Assembly (NCBI RefSeq): GCF_009914755.1
Contig: NC_060926.1
DNA: 64,000 nucleotides
Reading direction: 5' to 3' (one strand)
From: the human T2T-CHM13v2.0 reference genome, Homo sapiens
Positions 1-15,051 of this stretch are shown here, piece after piece (position 1 is the first letter of the stretch; each line of letters opens with the position of its first letter). The translations under genes and the position numbers were made by a program. The notes beneath the pieces are model-generated. The model searched no databases. It saw only the letters and a list, made by a program, of their open reading frames with translations, and was not told the origin of the DNA.

Positions 1-2479
1 GCCAAGGTCTGGCTCTGTGGATGCAGCCCAGGTGAGCGGGTTTGCACCATCGGGCTCTGTTCCTTCGGGACGGCCCTTCTCCCATAATGTCCCGTGCCAG
101 GCTCGTTCTTCCAGGACTCAGCTGGGGGCTTGCCTCCTCCAGAAACTTCCTTGGCCCCACCAAGTGGGCAGGTCCCCTGAGGTCTTACCGGGCCTGCCTA
201 GAGCTTGTCCTCCCAGTCCCCCGCTATCCTCCAGGGCAGGCACTGTGCCGGCTCCACTGTTCGCTTCTTACAGGGCCGGCCCCACAGGCGAGCGAAGGCT
301 GGCGCAGGACGAGCTCTCTCAGCTCTGAGGCTGTAGCTTATATGCTTTTGCTTCTTTTTGCTTCTCAGATAAATTTCTACATAGGAAAATACTTGGATGC
401 ACTTAAAGAGACATAATTGCTTTTAGAAAAGAAGGTGGCACGGTCTGTATGAAAACTTCATAACCCTGACTTCCTCAGGCAAGAAACCCAGGGACCAGCG
501 TGGTGTGTGCAGCGGGTGCCACTCAGCAATGGTGAAAACAGCAGACATCAGGCGCTGCGACTCCTAAAACACACCTGTCTACAAAAGGCAGCAACAGCAG
601 CAACACAGCAACACAGCTTACGGAAGGAACGAACATTCAAGAGCCTCAGCCTTCCCGTCTTACTTGAAAGTTTGGGGAAAGTGAAATAGCTTTGCCCAGT
701 TGCTCAATTTCAAGGCTAATGCCAATTCGTGAAGCTATCACAGTTATTGCTTGAGAAGATCCAGTTTCAGAGACATCTTTGATAAACTTCGTAATATCAC
801 AGTGGAATCTAAGCTACGAACCACGGGCATCTGGATGTGGCGCTCATCCCTGACGGAAGAGTCCCCATGTCCCCGCGCACAGGTGAGGGATGGGTTACAG
901 AGCACCATCTTCATCGTCATCGTCATCTCCCTACAAGCCCCCACCCCCAGCGGCTCAGACTTTACTCAGCAACTTCAAAGCCGCGTCTGGCACCGGGACT
1001 GGTTTGAATTAAGGTTCCCTTTTCTCCTACGAGTCTCCGGGCCTGAGGAGAAAGTGCCGGCTGCTTCTGGATTTCATTAGGGGCAATTTTCTTATCTTTT
1101 CTTCGTCTTAGGCTTGATCCCCTGAAAATGCAATGTGGCAGGCAACGGGTCTGAATAACAAGGTGCTGCCTGGAAGGCATGCATTGTCCCCGGGGGCCCC
1201 CGTGGGGGAGAAGAGCAGAAGAAAGGGGAAAACCAATTTCTGACCCTTCTTCCCCATCATCGGATGCCCAGGGAACCATAAATTGTAAACTTCAAAGTGC
1301 TATTTTACATTAAAATCAATAAAAAAAAAACCCTGAAACAATTTTCCTTTTCAAAGATGCTATTTAAGCTTTAAAAAGTTCACTTGATAAGGTATTATCA
1401 CGGACACACTTGGCAGGAGATTAAAGCACACGCCAAGAGCAACTCAGAAAGGCACGTTCATCCTAAAGGCTGGCTGGGCCGGCCGGGGCCTGGGGAGGGG
1501 GAGTGACCCTGACGGCAGACGCCCATTGCTGCTTTGGGCCTGGGCTTGCCCGCCAGCAGGGATGCCACGGGGTGAGGGTTTCACCCCAGGACCCAAGAGC
1601 CGAAGGCACCACTGAGAAACGCCTATGGGGTGAGGGTGGCTCCATCAAAACCTGGCCTGGGACCACTGACCTGAAAGAGGGCAGCACCCCCTTTCTCCCC
1701 GTCCACCAGGAAAGCCCTGCCTTCTCTCTCTGCACGGGAATTTGGCCACAGTGGGCCCTGGGTCCCCCGGGTGGCACCAGTGTTCACTCAGGCAGGAAGT
1801 CCATCAGGCAGCATGCACACCTCTTATGGTGGCCAGAGACTTTGCTTTCAGAGAAGCCTCCAAGGGGGGCCAGTTCTCTGGGGCGACAACTAAGTGAGGG
1901 GCAACGGGAGCACATTCCATGAGCAGATGGTGACACGCCCACGCCAGGGGTCCGATTTCATATGAGCTCATTTTCGGAAGTGGTACACATTGGGGGAAGT
2001 CCTTCTCTCTTAAATTAGGCAGGGCAACTGTCAACATTACATTAAATCTGATCAAGAGTAAGAAGAAACATCAAAATCAAACCGATGAGATCAGGGGAAA
2101 AGTGGTTCAGGTACAGATCAGGGCAGGTCCACTGAGGAGCAGATGAACTCCCACCGGCACAGCCCGGGCTCACTGCCGGAGCAGCCAAGCAGCCTGGGCT
2201 CCGTCAGATGGGGTCTGTTCCCTCTGGGAACCACTGAGTGCCTGGGGAGGGGGGCCCACGTGTCCTGGGCCAGGGCCTTTATGTTACCAGATCTCAACAA
2301 CCTTTCCAAGGAGGGCAACGGACCCCAGTTAGAGAAGAGTGAGCAGACACTGAGAGGGGTCTCGTGACTTATTCACCGTCCCCAGAAAGCATGTGGTAGA
2401 GTCCACACAAGACGTTTACACGTGTCCTTGTGAAGGGCCTCACCTGCCGGAGACGTGCATACTCAGGTGCACACGAAGA

Positions 2480-3010
2480 CATGTGCATGCAAAGACACAC
2501 AAGCACACGTGTGTGTACTCATATACAGATGTGCACACACACACAGAGATATACACACAAAGACGTGCATGCAAAGACACACAAGCACACGTGTGTACTC
2601 ATATACAGATGTGCACACACAGAGATATACACACAAAGACATGTGCATGCAAAGACAAGCACATGGGTGTGTCCTCAGAGATATGCACACACACGTATAC
2701 TGCATGCACACAGACATGCATCCACACCCACACAGATGTGTGTAACACACATAGGCATGGACACACACCTGCAGACATGCACATGGCTGTAGACACCTGC
2801 ACAAGCACTGAGAGACATGCACACAGATGAACACCCACCCACACAGACACACACACAGATGAACACCCACCCACACAGACACACACACACAGATGAACAC
2901 CGACCCACACAAACACACACACGCACGTGGACACACACATATGCAGACGTGCACTCACATCCATACACAGACACATGCACACACGTCACAAAGACACGTC
3001 TGCACACGTG
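2480..3010. repeat. Degenerate (CA)-rich low-complexity block with internal ~70-bp duplications
   Basis: Recurrent acacac tracts; gtgcatgcaaagacac...tatacacacaaagac is repeated. Boundaries approximate. Confidence 0.85.
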
Positions 3011-3874
3011 CGTTTTATATGTATGTAAATCAGAACAAGACCATGGAGATAGAGAAAGAGAAAAGCGCTGAAGACTGTATGGGGCTTTGACACCATACTG
3101 ACAGCGTTTTCTAACAGAGACACGGCATGTCAGGCTCAGCCACGCTAATAAAACCCTTCTCCTCACGTGGCTCTGGGAACCGATGTGGGCTGTGGGCTGC
3201 TGCCCTGGACGCCCGTCACTCCACCACGGCAGGTGAAGCTGCCATTTTAAAACGATGACAAGAAAACCTGCGCTGCTCAGCATCCCATTTTGGGTCACAG
3301 GAATGACCCCAATCTGGCCTAGACCAAAGGAGAAGGAACCGCTTGATGACAAAAGCAAACACTGCGTCTTTAAACGGCGCCCTGCGGCTAAATGCTGAAG
3401 GGTCACAGCCACACGAAGGAAATGGGAGGGAGGGCGACAACTGCCTTTGATTTTTAGGAATAAATAAAGAAGAAATACTTATTTCCATTGGACATCACAT
3501 CACAGGAGGTTTGCGGAAGAAGAATTAGGAGATCATGAGACCCTGCAGGTCTTTGCCTTCGTTTCTCATGAACATAACACTCTGCACAAAAGTCCCTGCC
3601 TCTGTCTCCATCACTCTCTCACCATCGACCCAAAGTGAGCTCCTGGTTTTATTTCATGCACAAAAGGGAGCACTAAGAGCTGATGGTAAGAAGATAGTCG
3701 CCAAGATTCCACGCTTGGCACTGAAGAATGAACTGAGACAGCTCCTCCGGACCCCACAGCCCCGTTCAGCCACAGACCAGTTTCAGACACGCTCATCTCC
3801 AACAAGTGCTTCCTGGAATGTGTGCACAGAGGAAAAGCTGCTACTTCAGGTGTCATGTGAAGCCGGGAGGCTCA

Positions 3875-4000
<126 letters not shown>

Positions 4001-4762
4001 TCATGGACCCCGAGCGGGACCTGTCTGACAGGAACGCCTGATGCAGGTGGCACCGGGATGGGCTCGGCCTTGGTGGGCCCCTGGGGAGAGCCCACGTGTC
4101 CTGATCTCCTGGTGCATATTCATTAAGACGCGTGTGAAGGGGCCCCACTGACAGGGGCACACTGACATCAGCAAGGGGGCCCTTTTCCTGGCTGCTGTAG
4201 GCTCTCGCCGACCCTGCCCTTGGCACACCAAGGCCCTGCACTGACATTTCTGCGGACCCGCCGCCCTGTGTTGTGTGCCGTGTGTTACATCAGGGAATCA
4301 GACCTGGGTCTCTCTGGGCAGAAAGTGTCTCCGATGAGCCTGTCATTTCCTACTTCCTCTAAAAAAATAATATCCAGAGGCAGACGGAGCGTCTTCCTGG
4401 ATGAAAGCCCTGCTGTTGGAGCCTCTGTTCAGAGTGGGCAGGCTCTGAACGGGGACCTGGGGCGTTGTCAAGGAGCCGCTGGGCCTGCCGTTCCTGGGGC
4501 CGCCATGCAGCCCCGCGCCGGGCAAAGGACAGTGGACAGAGCCCCTTGCCGGAGGGTGTCCTGTGGAAGACAGTGGCCTGGGCCCTGCCCGGAGGAAAAC
4601 GGGCACCACACACCTCCTCCTTCACAAACACCTCTGTCTGCCTGGATGGGAACCAGAAACAATATCCAGCCTCTCATTTGTACTTCAGACAAAACACAGG
4701 CCACCTGTGCACACGCGATACGATGCAGGCTGACGTCTGACTGAAGTTACTGTCTGGGCTTA

Positions 4763-5020
<258 letters not shown>

Positions 5021-6452
5021 CTACTTCAGGGCTGAGGCAGGTATTGGAGGGTGGCCTCCCCTGAGGGCCGTCCCCAACCCCAGTTGTGCTTAGTGACAAC
5101 GGCTCCTGCTCAGGAATGACATTACCCTCCAGCTGGGCCCGTACCCGGCAGGCGCGATTCTGGGGCTGTGTGGGTCAGGGCTACGTGGTGCAGGGTCGCA
5201 GGGGTTCTCAGGGCCAATGTTCGCGTCTGCAGCACTGTTTCCCTCGCCCTTAGCGCCATGGCACAATCCTGACTCCAGCAGCCGATGGGGCTGGAGTTCA
5301 GCCAGGCCTAGAGGCCACCATTTCCCAGACGAAACCATCTGATCAATTTCCTACACCTGCCGTGTCTCTGACAAGTGAGCCACTTCCTCAGCCTCTGTCA
5401 GGAAGGAGGTCACTGGCTGTGGCCTGCCCGCTTGCAGGCACGTGGGAGGTGCCAATTCCATGCCAGGCAGGGCGTTCGGCAGGAGACAAGTCCCAGGTGT
5501 CCGTGAGTGACAGGCACACACAGTACGGGGTCCAGGCCCCTGTGCCCAAATGGCAAGCACCGTTTCTTAATCACAAAACCCACAGGTCAGATGCAGCAGA
5601 GAGCACAGGCAGCCTGGGGCTTTACTGACCGTGGCTGTTCTGCCCCGGGCCACAGGGCAGGTGGTCACCAGGATGGGCGGGCGAGGGGGTGGCCCCGCTG
5701 AGAACAGCTGTGTGCCTGAGAAGACAGCATGCAGCCCTGATGTTCCCAGCACGAGAACTTGCTGCTCCGTTATCTGTGCTCATCACAGAAAAGGCGGAAG
5801 GGCAGCTACAGGTGAGGAGCGATGGACAAGAACCTTCCACCCCACAGAGTAGGTAATCGCTGTGAAGACGCACATGGAGGCTTTCCCGACACGTGGCTTC
5901 ACACTGAGATGACCCTGTCCGCATGGTGTGTACATGGGCAATATCACAGCTCAGCGCGCAGGGAGCACGCCACACAGGGTCTACGCAGCCTGTCTGCGTG
6001 TCCTAGCGCTTCACTCTTTTGGGGATGGGTCCCCAGTCTTTAGCCGTCAGCGACCTCACACTGCTCTCTTCCCAGGCACTCCTACCTGCTCCCTTAGGAG
6101 GAGCTGAGGGAGGGCTCCCGGCTCGCAGGTCCTTGGGTGTGGGGGACCCGCTGCTCTGCTGCATCCCCTGACCTGCCTCTCCGAAACAGCATGGCTGTCC
6201 TGGCTGTGCCATATTGTTTCTTTACCCAAACTCAGAAGGACTTCTCCAATTCAAATCATAACCCTACCTGACAGGGCCTGCTTTTTTCCCTTAAAAATTA
6301 TGAAATAAATCATAAATACCAAAGAGAACACTAAATATGTATATATCTGGCTTTAAAAAGAGTAATAAGATGAATATCTTGAATATTAATTTCCGGTATA
6401 AGAATGAGTATACCTATTCGTGGAATTCAGATTCGGACATCATATAGCATTA

Positions 6453-7118
<666 letters not shown>

Positions 7119-7194
7119 CTAAGAGGTCTCTGTGAGTGCAGAGCTCCTGAATACGTCGCAGGGAACCCTCAGTGATGCCGGAGAATCGGTTAAC

Positions 7195-7240
7195 AGACAG
7201 ACACGTACACACCCCACATGCAGACACACTCACACGCGTG

Positions 7241-7272
<32 letters not shown>

Positions 7273-7827
7273 GCTCCCAAACAAGCCACTGGGGAATCTT
7301 AGCCAATGCCATAGGGTCGGCTAACCGACACGGACATGCACACACCCCACACAGACACACACACCACAGACAGAGACACACACACACCCCCCACAGACAC
7401 ACACACCACAGACAGAGACACACGTACACCCCACACAGACACACACACCACAGAGACACACCCTCCCACACAGACACACACACCATGCAACACGCCCTAC
7501 ACACATACATGCCCCACAGATACGCCCATACACCACAGACACACACCCCACACACACTCCACACAGACACACACCCCACACACACCCCACACCCCACAGA
7601 TAGAGACACACACACCATGCAAACGCCCTACACACATATATGCCCCACAGATACGCCCATACCCACCCCCCCCACGTAGACACACATGCACAGATACACA
7701 TGAACACCCCATACAGAAACACTCACACACACACAAACCACAGACACATACAAGCACACACACACATATACACATAAGCATATACCTATCACACACATCC
7801 ACAGTTCCATACTGAGACAGACAGACA

Positions 7828-7860
<33 letters not shown>
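7195..7860. repeat. (CA)-rich block with pure (CA)n microsatellites near 7246-7272 and 7829-7860
   Basis: Directly visible in the sequence. Confidence 0.9.
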
Positions 7861-7863
<3 letters not shown>

Positions 7864-8484
7864 CCTGCTTGGAGGTCCCCCACGCTCCTCTGGTAGGGAA
7901 CCCTATTTCACATGTTACCAACATTTCCCTCATCTTCACCTGGAACCCTTCCTCTCAGGAGCTGCCGCCACGCCCCAGGAGACATGGCAGCCGTTCATCT
8001 CAGTTGCTTCCTGCTGACCTTCCTATATTCCAATACATAAATTACCTTTAATTTTAGAGAGTCTTACTCAAGAGACCAAGAAAACAAGCTATGAAAGTGA
8101 TTCAAATAACAACGAAAACCTTCTTGATCTCAAATTCCCTTTGTCCGAATGACCACAGAAACGGAGAAACACTAGTTGTTTTGTTTTCAGAATCCGGGCT
8201 GGCATGGGGAAGCCCACACGCCCCAGGACATCCTAGACGCTGAGCTCCTGCAGCGGCTCACGGGGAGCACAGCGAAGAGCTGCAACAAAACACAATTCGT
8301 TTGTCTCCTCTGAGGTTTATTATTTGGAATATCCAACAACTCAGGTTCAAATTAGAAAAGAAACTTCAGAGAAATGAAACAAACAGGAAGCCTGGTGCCC
8401 AAGTGACTGTTCTGGGATGTGGAGCAAACACGTGGTTTTCAGGTAAAGCTACAAAGATTCCAACAAGCATCCCTCCCTGGCGGT

Positions 8485-9390
8485 TACAATCTCCTCCCTG
8501 TACACGAAGGACACTCTGCTCTAACACGCGGATCTGACTATCTCTCACGTACAATCTCCTCCCTGTACATGAAGGAGACTCTGCTCTAACACGCGGATCT
8601 GACTATCTCTCACGTACAATCTCCTCCCTGTACACGAAGGAGACTCTGCTCTAACATGCGGATCTGACTATCTCTCACGTACAGTCTCCTCCCTGTACAC
8701 GAAGGAGACTCTGCTCTAACACGCGGATCTGACTATCTCGCACGTACAGTCTCTTCCCTGTACACGAAGGAGACTCTGCTCTAACACGCGGATCTGACTA
8801 TCTCTCACGTACAGTCTCCTCCCTGCACATGAAGGAGACTCTGCTCTAACACGCGGATCTGACTATCTCGCACGTAGTCTCTTCCCTGTACACGAAGGAG
8901 ACTCTGCTCTAACACGCGGATCTGACTATCTCGCACGTACAGTCTCTTCCCTGTACACGAAGGAGACTCTGCTCTAACACGCGGATCTGACTATCTCTCA
9001 CGTACAGTCTCCTCCCTGCACATGAAGGAGACTCTGCTCTAACACGCGGATCTGACTATCTCGCACGTAGTCTCTTCCCTGTACACGAAGGAGACTCTGC
9101 TCTAACACGCGGATCTGACTATCTCGCACGTACAGTCTCCTCCCTGTACATGAAGGAGAATCTGCTCTAACACGCGGATCTGACTATCTCTCACGTACAG
9201 TCTCCTCCCCGTACATGAAGGAGAATCTGCTCTAACACGCGGATCTGACTGTCTCTCACGTACAATCTCTTCCCTGCACACGAAGGAGACTCTGCTCTAA
9301 CATGTGGATCTGACTATCTCTCACGTACAGTCTCCTCCCTGTACGTGAAGGAGATTCTGCTCTAACACGCGGATCTGACTATCTCTCACG
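8485..9390. repeat. VNTR, 65-bp unit x14 (two 63-bp variants)
   Basis: Unit tacaRtctcctccctgtacacgaaggagactctgctctaacacgcggatctgactatctcKcacg starts at 8485, 8550, 8615 and onward. Confidence 0.97.
8614..8713 (-). ncRNA. MIR4441: Annotated microRNA precursor hsa-mir-4441, intronic and within the 65-bp VNTR
   Basis: The reverse complement matches my recollection of the mir-4441 precursor. The mature sequence ACAGGGAGGAGAUUGUA is the reverse complement of 8615-8631. Identified from memory, not by a database search. Confidence 0.8.
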
Positions 9391-10344
9391 TCCTGCCGGC
9401 CCCTCCGTGGACGCCTGACTTCCCAGGGGTGACAGGGAGGCCCTTTCCCGGGCCCCTGCGGTTCTGTCTTGTTCTGACTGCTTCCTGGCCACAGCCTGAT
9501 AGTGAACTTGTATCTGCACTTGTTCTTGCGTTGCCATCTGACAAACTGCTGCTCCAACTCTCCAAGGCAGAGCCCTATGCCACCTCCTCCTCACCGAAGC
9601 TGGCAAGATCAGGCACGCCTTCTCCATCTCCAGAGCATGGGGAGACGCTCTTTCTAGCACCACCCCTCCTCACTAGAGCGGCTACCGTCCCAGGAGACAG
9701 CATGCTCTTTGACGGGATAGATCATTCATTCACCACCCAGGCTGCAAGGCACTCCACAGACAGCTGCGGGTCTGTCCTGCCACTGGCTCTGGACACACAG
9801 GGATGGATCCGGGAGGACCCACACCCCACACTCGCCACCCTGCCCAGATCCTCAGCTGTATGGACCGTCGGCAGTCTCTGAAAGACCCGAAACAGCATCA
9901 GGATAGCTGCCTGCATGGACGTGGCTCTGTGGCTTGCTGCGTCAGTACCAGGCATTCGGCAGGCAGCTAAAAGGCCATGCGCAAAATGACCTGAGTCCTC
10001 TAGACAAGCAAGTGCTGCAGTGACTCACTTGAGGGTGAGTGGTGTTTCCTCTCCCAAGTGTTGACAACTACTCAACAACCAGAGGCTTCTCTGGACTAAC
10101 CTCCACAGACCCTTTCCCATCCTTTCCTCTGATCTGTCTCCGTCATAACCGAGCAGTGATGCTCGCAGACTTTGGCATCTGCACTCCACACCCAGGAGCT
10201 GGAGCCAAGCCGGCATGCGGCACATCCTGGGTGGCCAGCAAACAGCAGCCCAGCTCCCCGCAGTCACTCACACACCCACCCAGCCCTAAGGGAGGGAAGG
10301 AAGACCTGGGTTCCCCTGCTGTGCGGGGCTGCGGCGTGTACTCA

Positions 10345-10476
<132 letters not shown>

Positions 10477-11549
10477 TCAACTTTTAGCAGAGTTGGGCTA
10501 CACAGGAGGACAGTTTCTTGCTGCACCCTGGCCACAGTGATGGGGACAGGATGCAGGGCCAGCTGGGAGCCTTTCCGGGAAGCCTGGGCCCTTCTCCTAA
10601 AGAGGTCTGGGGGCTACTAATGGTTCCCCCGAAACGCAGTCACTAGGATAACAGGTGGGTGCCCTGCCCACTCTCAGAACTGTCGGTGAGGCGTGGTGCC
10701 CTTGGCTCAGGGGTCGGGGTGATGTGGAAAGGATGTGCTCACTCCCCGTCGGCTCGGGACCAGGACCCGCTAGGTGGCCACTGGAGGAAGATGAAGCAGA
10801 AGGGGCCCCACTCAAGGACTTGGCCGCGGGGCAGAGACGTTGTGTCCCAGCTTGGCCTTCACGTGACTGCCTCTGTCCTTACTGCAGTTCAGCTCTCAGG
10901 ATGGCGGGCAAGTGGGCAGCCCACGAAACAGCTCCTCTCACACTGGGCAGAAACGCTGTCCTCTGCCCCATCACTTCTGCGTCAAAAATCCATCTGCAAA
11001 CCACTCTGTAGTTGCTGCCATAAAAATGGATTCCAGTCCTCTCCTGGTCTCACCAGCAACAGGACACTGTGTGGTCAAGGTCTGTAATGAAGCCTCAAAA
11101 AAAGTGCCGGCCAACCATGAGTGACAATGCCATGGACGGGGTGAGCCGGACGCCGCAGGGACCAGGCTCAGGAAGGGGCGAGGGCAGCCCATGAGGTGGC
11201 GGCAAACGCTCTCAAGAGGCCCTGGCCTCCCTGCGTTTCTGCACTCAGTGCTTCCGAGTGTAGGCTGCAGACCCCTCGGTCCCGACCCCTGCTGAGGGTC
11301 TGTAGTCCACGTAGTCCTGAGGCTCTATGTACTCTTTTCACTGCCCTGACACCTGCGCCGATGGTGCTGAAGCACCGGAGGGTAGACGGCGGGCAGGGAA
11401 CAGCACCAGGGCGTGTGTGTGTGTGTGAGCAGCTTCTCTTAACAATGTGCTCGATGAAGCAGTATTCAGACATTTTAGTAGATCTCCGCCCTCAAACACG
11501 TCCTTTTAACATCCCGAGTAAAGAGACGGGAAGGAAGCGTGAGAAACTG

Positions 11550-12592
11550 TGAGCTTTCCAGTGAAAATTACAAGTTTGGAACACACGGCTCTGCCCCTGT
11601 GAGCCTGCTGGCTCTCTCACTACTTATAAGACTTCTGGTGAGATGGGGGTGATATTAATGGTTTCAAAAATTAATGACTTTTTTGATACTGTATGGGTCA
11701 GAATATGGAAGATCCATGTAACTCCGTGAAGCTAAGTTTCCAAATGACCAACGCACGGTGCTACCAATCACCCATGAACGAAGGATCGATTTGATCTCCA
11801 AGAAGGGCTAATGGTTCAGTTAAACAAAACGGAGGGGGAGGAGGCCACGATTTGATTTCAGATCCACACTGCAGCTAATTTTCAAGACACTACCACTTGC
11901 TGAATTTTTGGTATACTGTCAAAGAATACCCACAATTAGAATACCTCTGAAAAGTCTATTAAAATCCTGCTCCCATTTCCAATTACGTATCTGTGTGGGG
12001 CCAGGATTCCTTCATGTACTTCAACATGTCCCAAGAATGACGCCGGGCAGGTGTGAGAACCAGCTGCTGTCCACAGGCAAGACATTAGTGCTATTTTTAT
12101 TTTTTTATTACTTTTTAATTTTTTAGTTTTTTTTGAGACGGAGTCTCACTCTGTCACCCAGGCTGGAGTGCAATGGCGTGACTCGGCTCGCCGCAACCTC
12201 CACCTCCCAGGTTCAAGCGATTCGCCAGCCTCAGCCTCCCAAGTAGCTGGGATTATAGGCATGCGCCACCATGCCCAGCTAATTTTTGTATTTCAGTAGA
12301 GAAGGAGTTTCGCCAAGTTAGCCAAGCTGCTCTTGAACTCCTGACCTCAGGTGATCCCCCTGCCTTGGCCTCCCAAAGTGCTGGGATTACAGGTGTGAGC
12401 CACTGTGCCCGGTCGCTATTTTTAAATTAATAAACATTTTGAAAATTTCTCAGTTGTAATCTCTAATAGAGTCAATATTGTGGATATAACTCATGTAAAC
12501 AGAAGCTCTTTGGAGCTTTTTTTTTTTTTTTTTGAGTATAAATTTTTAAGAGTATAAAGGGTTCTTAAGACCCAAATCATTGAGAATCTCTG
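11550..12592 (+). mobile_element. Charlie1-family hAT DNA transposon relic (3' part), interrupted by an Alu
   Basis: Resembles the recalled Charlie1 consensus (gatttcagatccacactgcagcta...; terminal ...aaggggttcttaagacc...tgagaatctctg). Boundaries approximate. Confidence 0.7.
12100..12414 (-). mobile_element. AluS-type element
   Basis: Full dimeric Alu in reverse orientation with a T-rich tail. TSD gctattttta at 12090-12099 and 12415-12424. Confidence 0.95.
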
Positions 12593-12796
12593 TACTATGC
12601 ACATACCCTATCACAAATGTGGGCAATGTCTCTTTGATTCAATAGCGAGGCTGTGCTGACAGAGTGGGGTCCACGCCTCCCCATCACAGCCGCCTCCCAG
12701 CCTGATGAGAGGGAGACGGAGTGGGCGGCCCCTCCCCACACTGGGAATCTATGGCAGGCCTCCTGGAGGGCCACCACTGTCCAGGCCCCGACTGAC

Positions 12797-12904
12797 CTTC
12801 AGCTCCCCTGTGGCCACCTTGAAGACCAGCTCTACCACGCAGCCCACAGCCAGGCGGGCTGCCCCCGCCGAGTGCACCTCGTTCCATATGGTGTCACTGT
12901 CCAC
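12797..12904 (-). CDS. HDAC4: HDAC4 coding exon 18 (108 nt): [36 protein letters not shown]
   Basis: Manual minus-strand translation. cag|GTGGAC acceptor, AAG|gtcagt donor. Confidence 0.96.
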
Positions 12905-13266
12905 CTGTGGAAACAACACCCCACAGTGAGGTCACCCTCCCAGGCCACCGTCATCACCAGCCCTGGCTGGGCAGAGCAGCTCAGGTTCCGTGGGCTCTGC
13001 TTCTGAAACCCCAGGGCCTACCAGAGCCAGGGCAGCTGCAGCCCACGTTCAGCCTTCAATCTTTTTAAGACATGCCAAAAAGTTTAAACAGGAAAATACA
13101 AGAGAATTTACCAGAAGAAAGATGCATGTGTCCTGACCTGTTCTGAGGCATCCTCCTTTCCCTCAATTGCTTCAGTATACTTCCATCTAAAAGTAATGAT
13201 GTCAAGGTGATCTATTTCCTTTTTTTTTTTTTTTTTTTAACTGGAACTGTAGTTAAGAGAGTTATT

Positions 13267-13635
13267 CAGCTTGAGTATCTCTGATCTGAGAATCTGAAAT
13301 CCGAAATACTACAAAAGCATTTTGTAGGCTGAGGCGGGAAGATCACTTGAGCCCAGGAGGTCGAGGCCGCAGTGAGCCATGAATGCACCTCTGCACTCCA
13401 GTCTGGGTAACACAGTGAGGCTCTGTCTCCAAAAAGGAAAAAAAAAAAACTGGAAACTTTTTGAGCGCTTACGTGACGCTCAAAGGAAATGCACTCTGGA
13501 GCATTCTGGATTTCAGATTTTTGGATTAGGGATGCTGAACTGGTAAGTACAATGCAAATATTCCAAAATCTGAAAAACACCAAACTCTGAAATACTTCTG
13601 GCCCCAAGCATTTCGGATAAGGGATAGTCGACCTG
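13267..13635 (-). mobile_element. Tigger4a/MER46A-type (TcMar-Tigger) MITE, interrupted by an Alu monomer fragment
   Basis: Terminal inverted repeats cagcttgagtatc... / ...gggatagtcgacctg. Internal sequence resembles the recalled Tigger4a consensus. Confidence 0.75.
13326..13449 (+). mobile_element. 5'-truncated old Alu right-arm (FRAM/AluJ-like) fragment
   Basis: ggctgaggcgggaagatcacttgagcccaggagg... followed by poly(A). Confidence 0.88.
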
Positions 13636-14565
13636 TCAAATAATTAGCAGCAAAATGAAATGTAAGGGGAATCACGACCAGTCTCTTCCAATAGTGACTT
13701 TCTCCTGTGCCGAGTTTAACTGGAAGCTCCACATGTTGACCAGCGTAGCTAAGCGGGACTGGCCGTGTGGGCGGGTGAGGAGAGCTGCCCTGCTCTGCCC
13801 TAGTGACGGTACACGGCTCTGCCTGGACACCAGCAAGTCAGCCCGCTGGCCTTTTCCACTTCAGACAGAAAACGTGTTTCACACAAACACGTCAACAATC
13901 CCCGATTGTGTGTTGGCTCATTTATTTATTTAGGCACACCAGAAATTTCTTACAGCCCTGGCTCAATTCAGGAGGAAAGTCGACAGACAGAGACCTGGAC
14001 AGCCAGTTCTGCACAGAGCAGTCTCCTATGGGAGTCTGGCCAGGGGAGGGAGGTGTTAAGATGAAATACACAGCCCTTGGGCTGGCCCCAGGGAACCTGA
14101 GCATCTGTCCCCAAGTGTGTCCCTTGCCTGCAAGCTGCTGTGGGGTAACACACCGGGGACTTGGGGGTGCCCAGCCCGGTGGAGGTCTTAGAAGCCGTGT
14201 CATAGGTTGCTCAGCTTCCACACGGTGCTGACCAGGGCGATTGCAGGTCCATTGCAGGACGCCTCCTTCTCAAACTGAGCCCCTCTGAGCGCCGAGTGCT
14301 TTGGGGCTCCTAAGCAGGAGCCAGGCGTGTCCACCCTGCCTCTCCCTTCCCCAGACCAGGCCCTCGAGGGCTCCTGTCCACCACCAGGCAGACTTGCCAC
14401 TTGATAGACACCGCTCATTATGTGGGGAGGGAGGATTTCTTTCCAGGCGGTCTTGAAGCTTCATCATCAAAGCAAGGTGAGTTAAAATGCATTTTCAAGG
14501 GGCTGAAGACATTTCCTGAAGTGTATTCGGTGATGGTTTTCTTTTCAAAAAATTAGCCAGATGTG

Positions 14566-15051
<486 letters not shown>

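Noticed and set aside
2393-3412. His/Thr-rich and Cys/Val-rich ORFs (also at 7190-7939 and 42576-43564)
   Set aside because: These are translations of CA/TG low-complexity DNA with no coding signature.
8485-9390. CRISPR-like array of hairpin-containing repeats
   Set aside because: Units are contiguous with no unique spacers, there are no cas genes, and the context is a mammalian intron. It is a VNTR.
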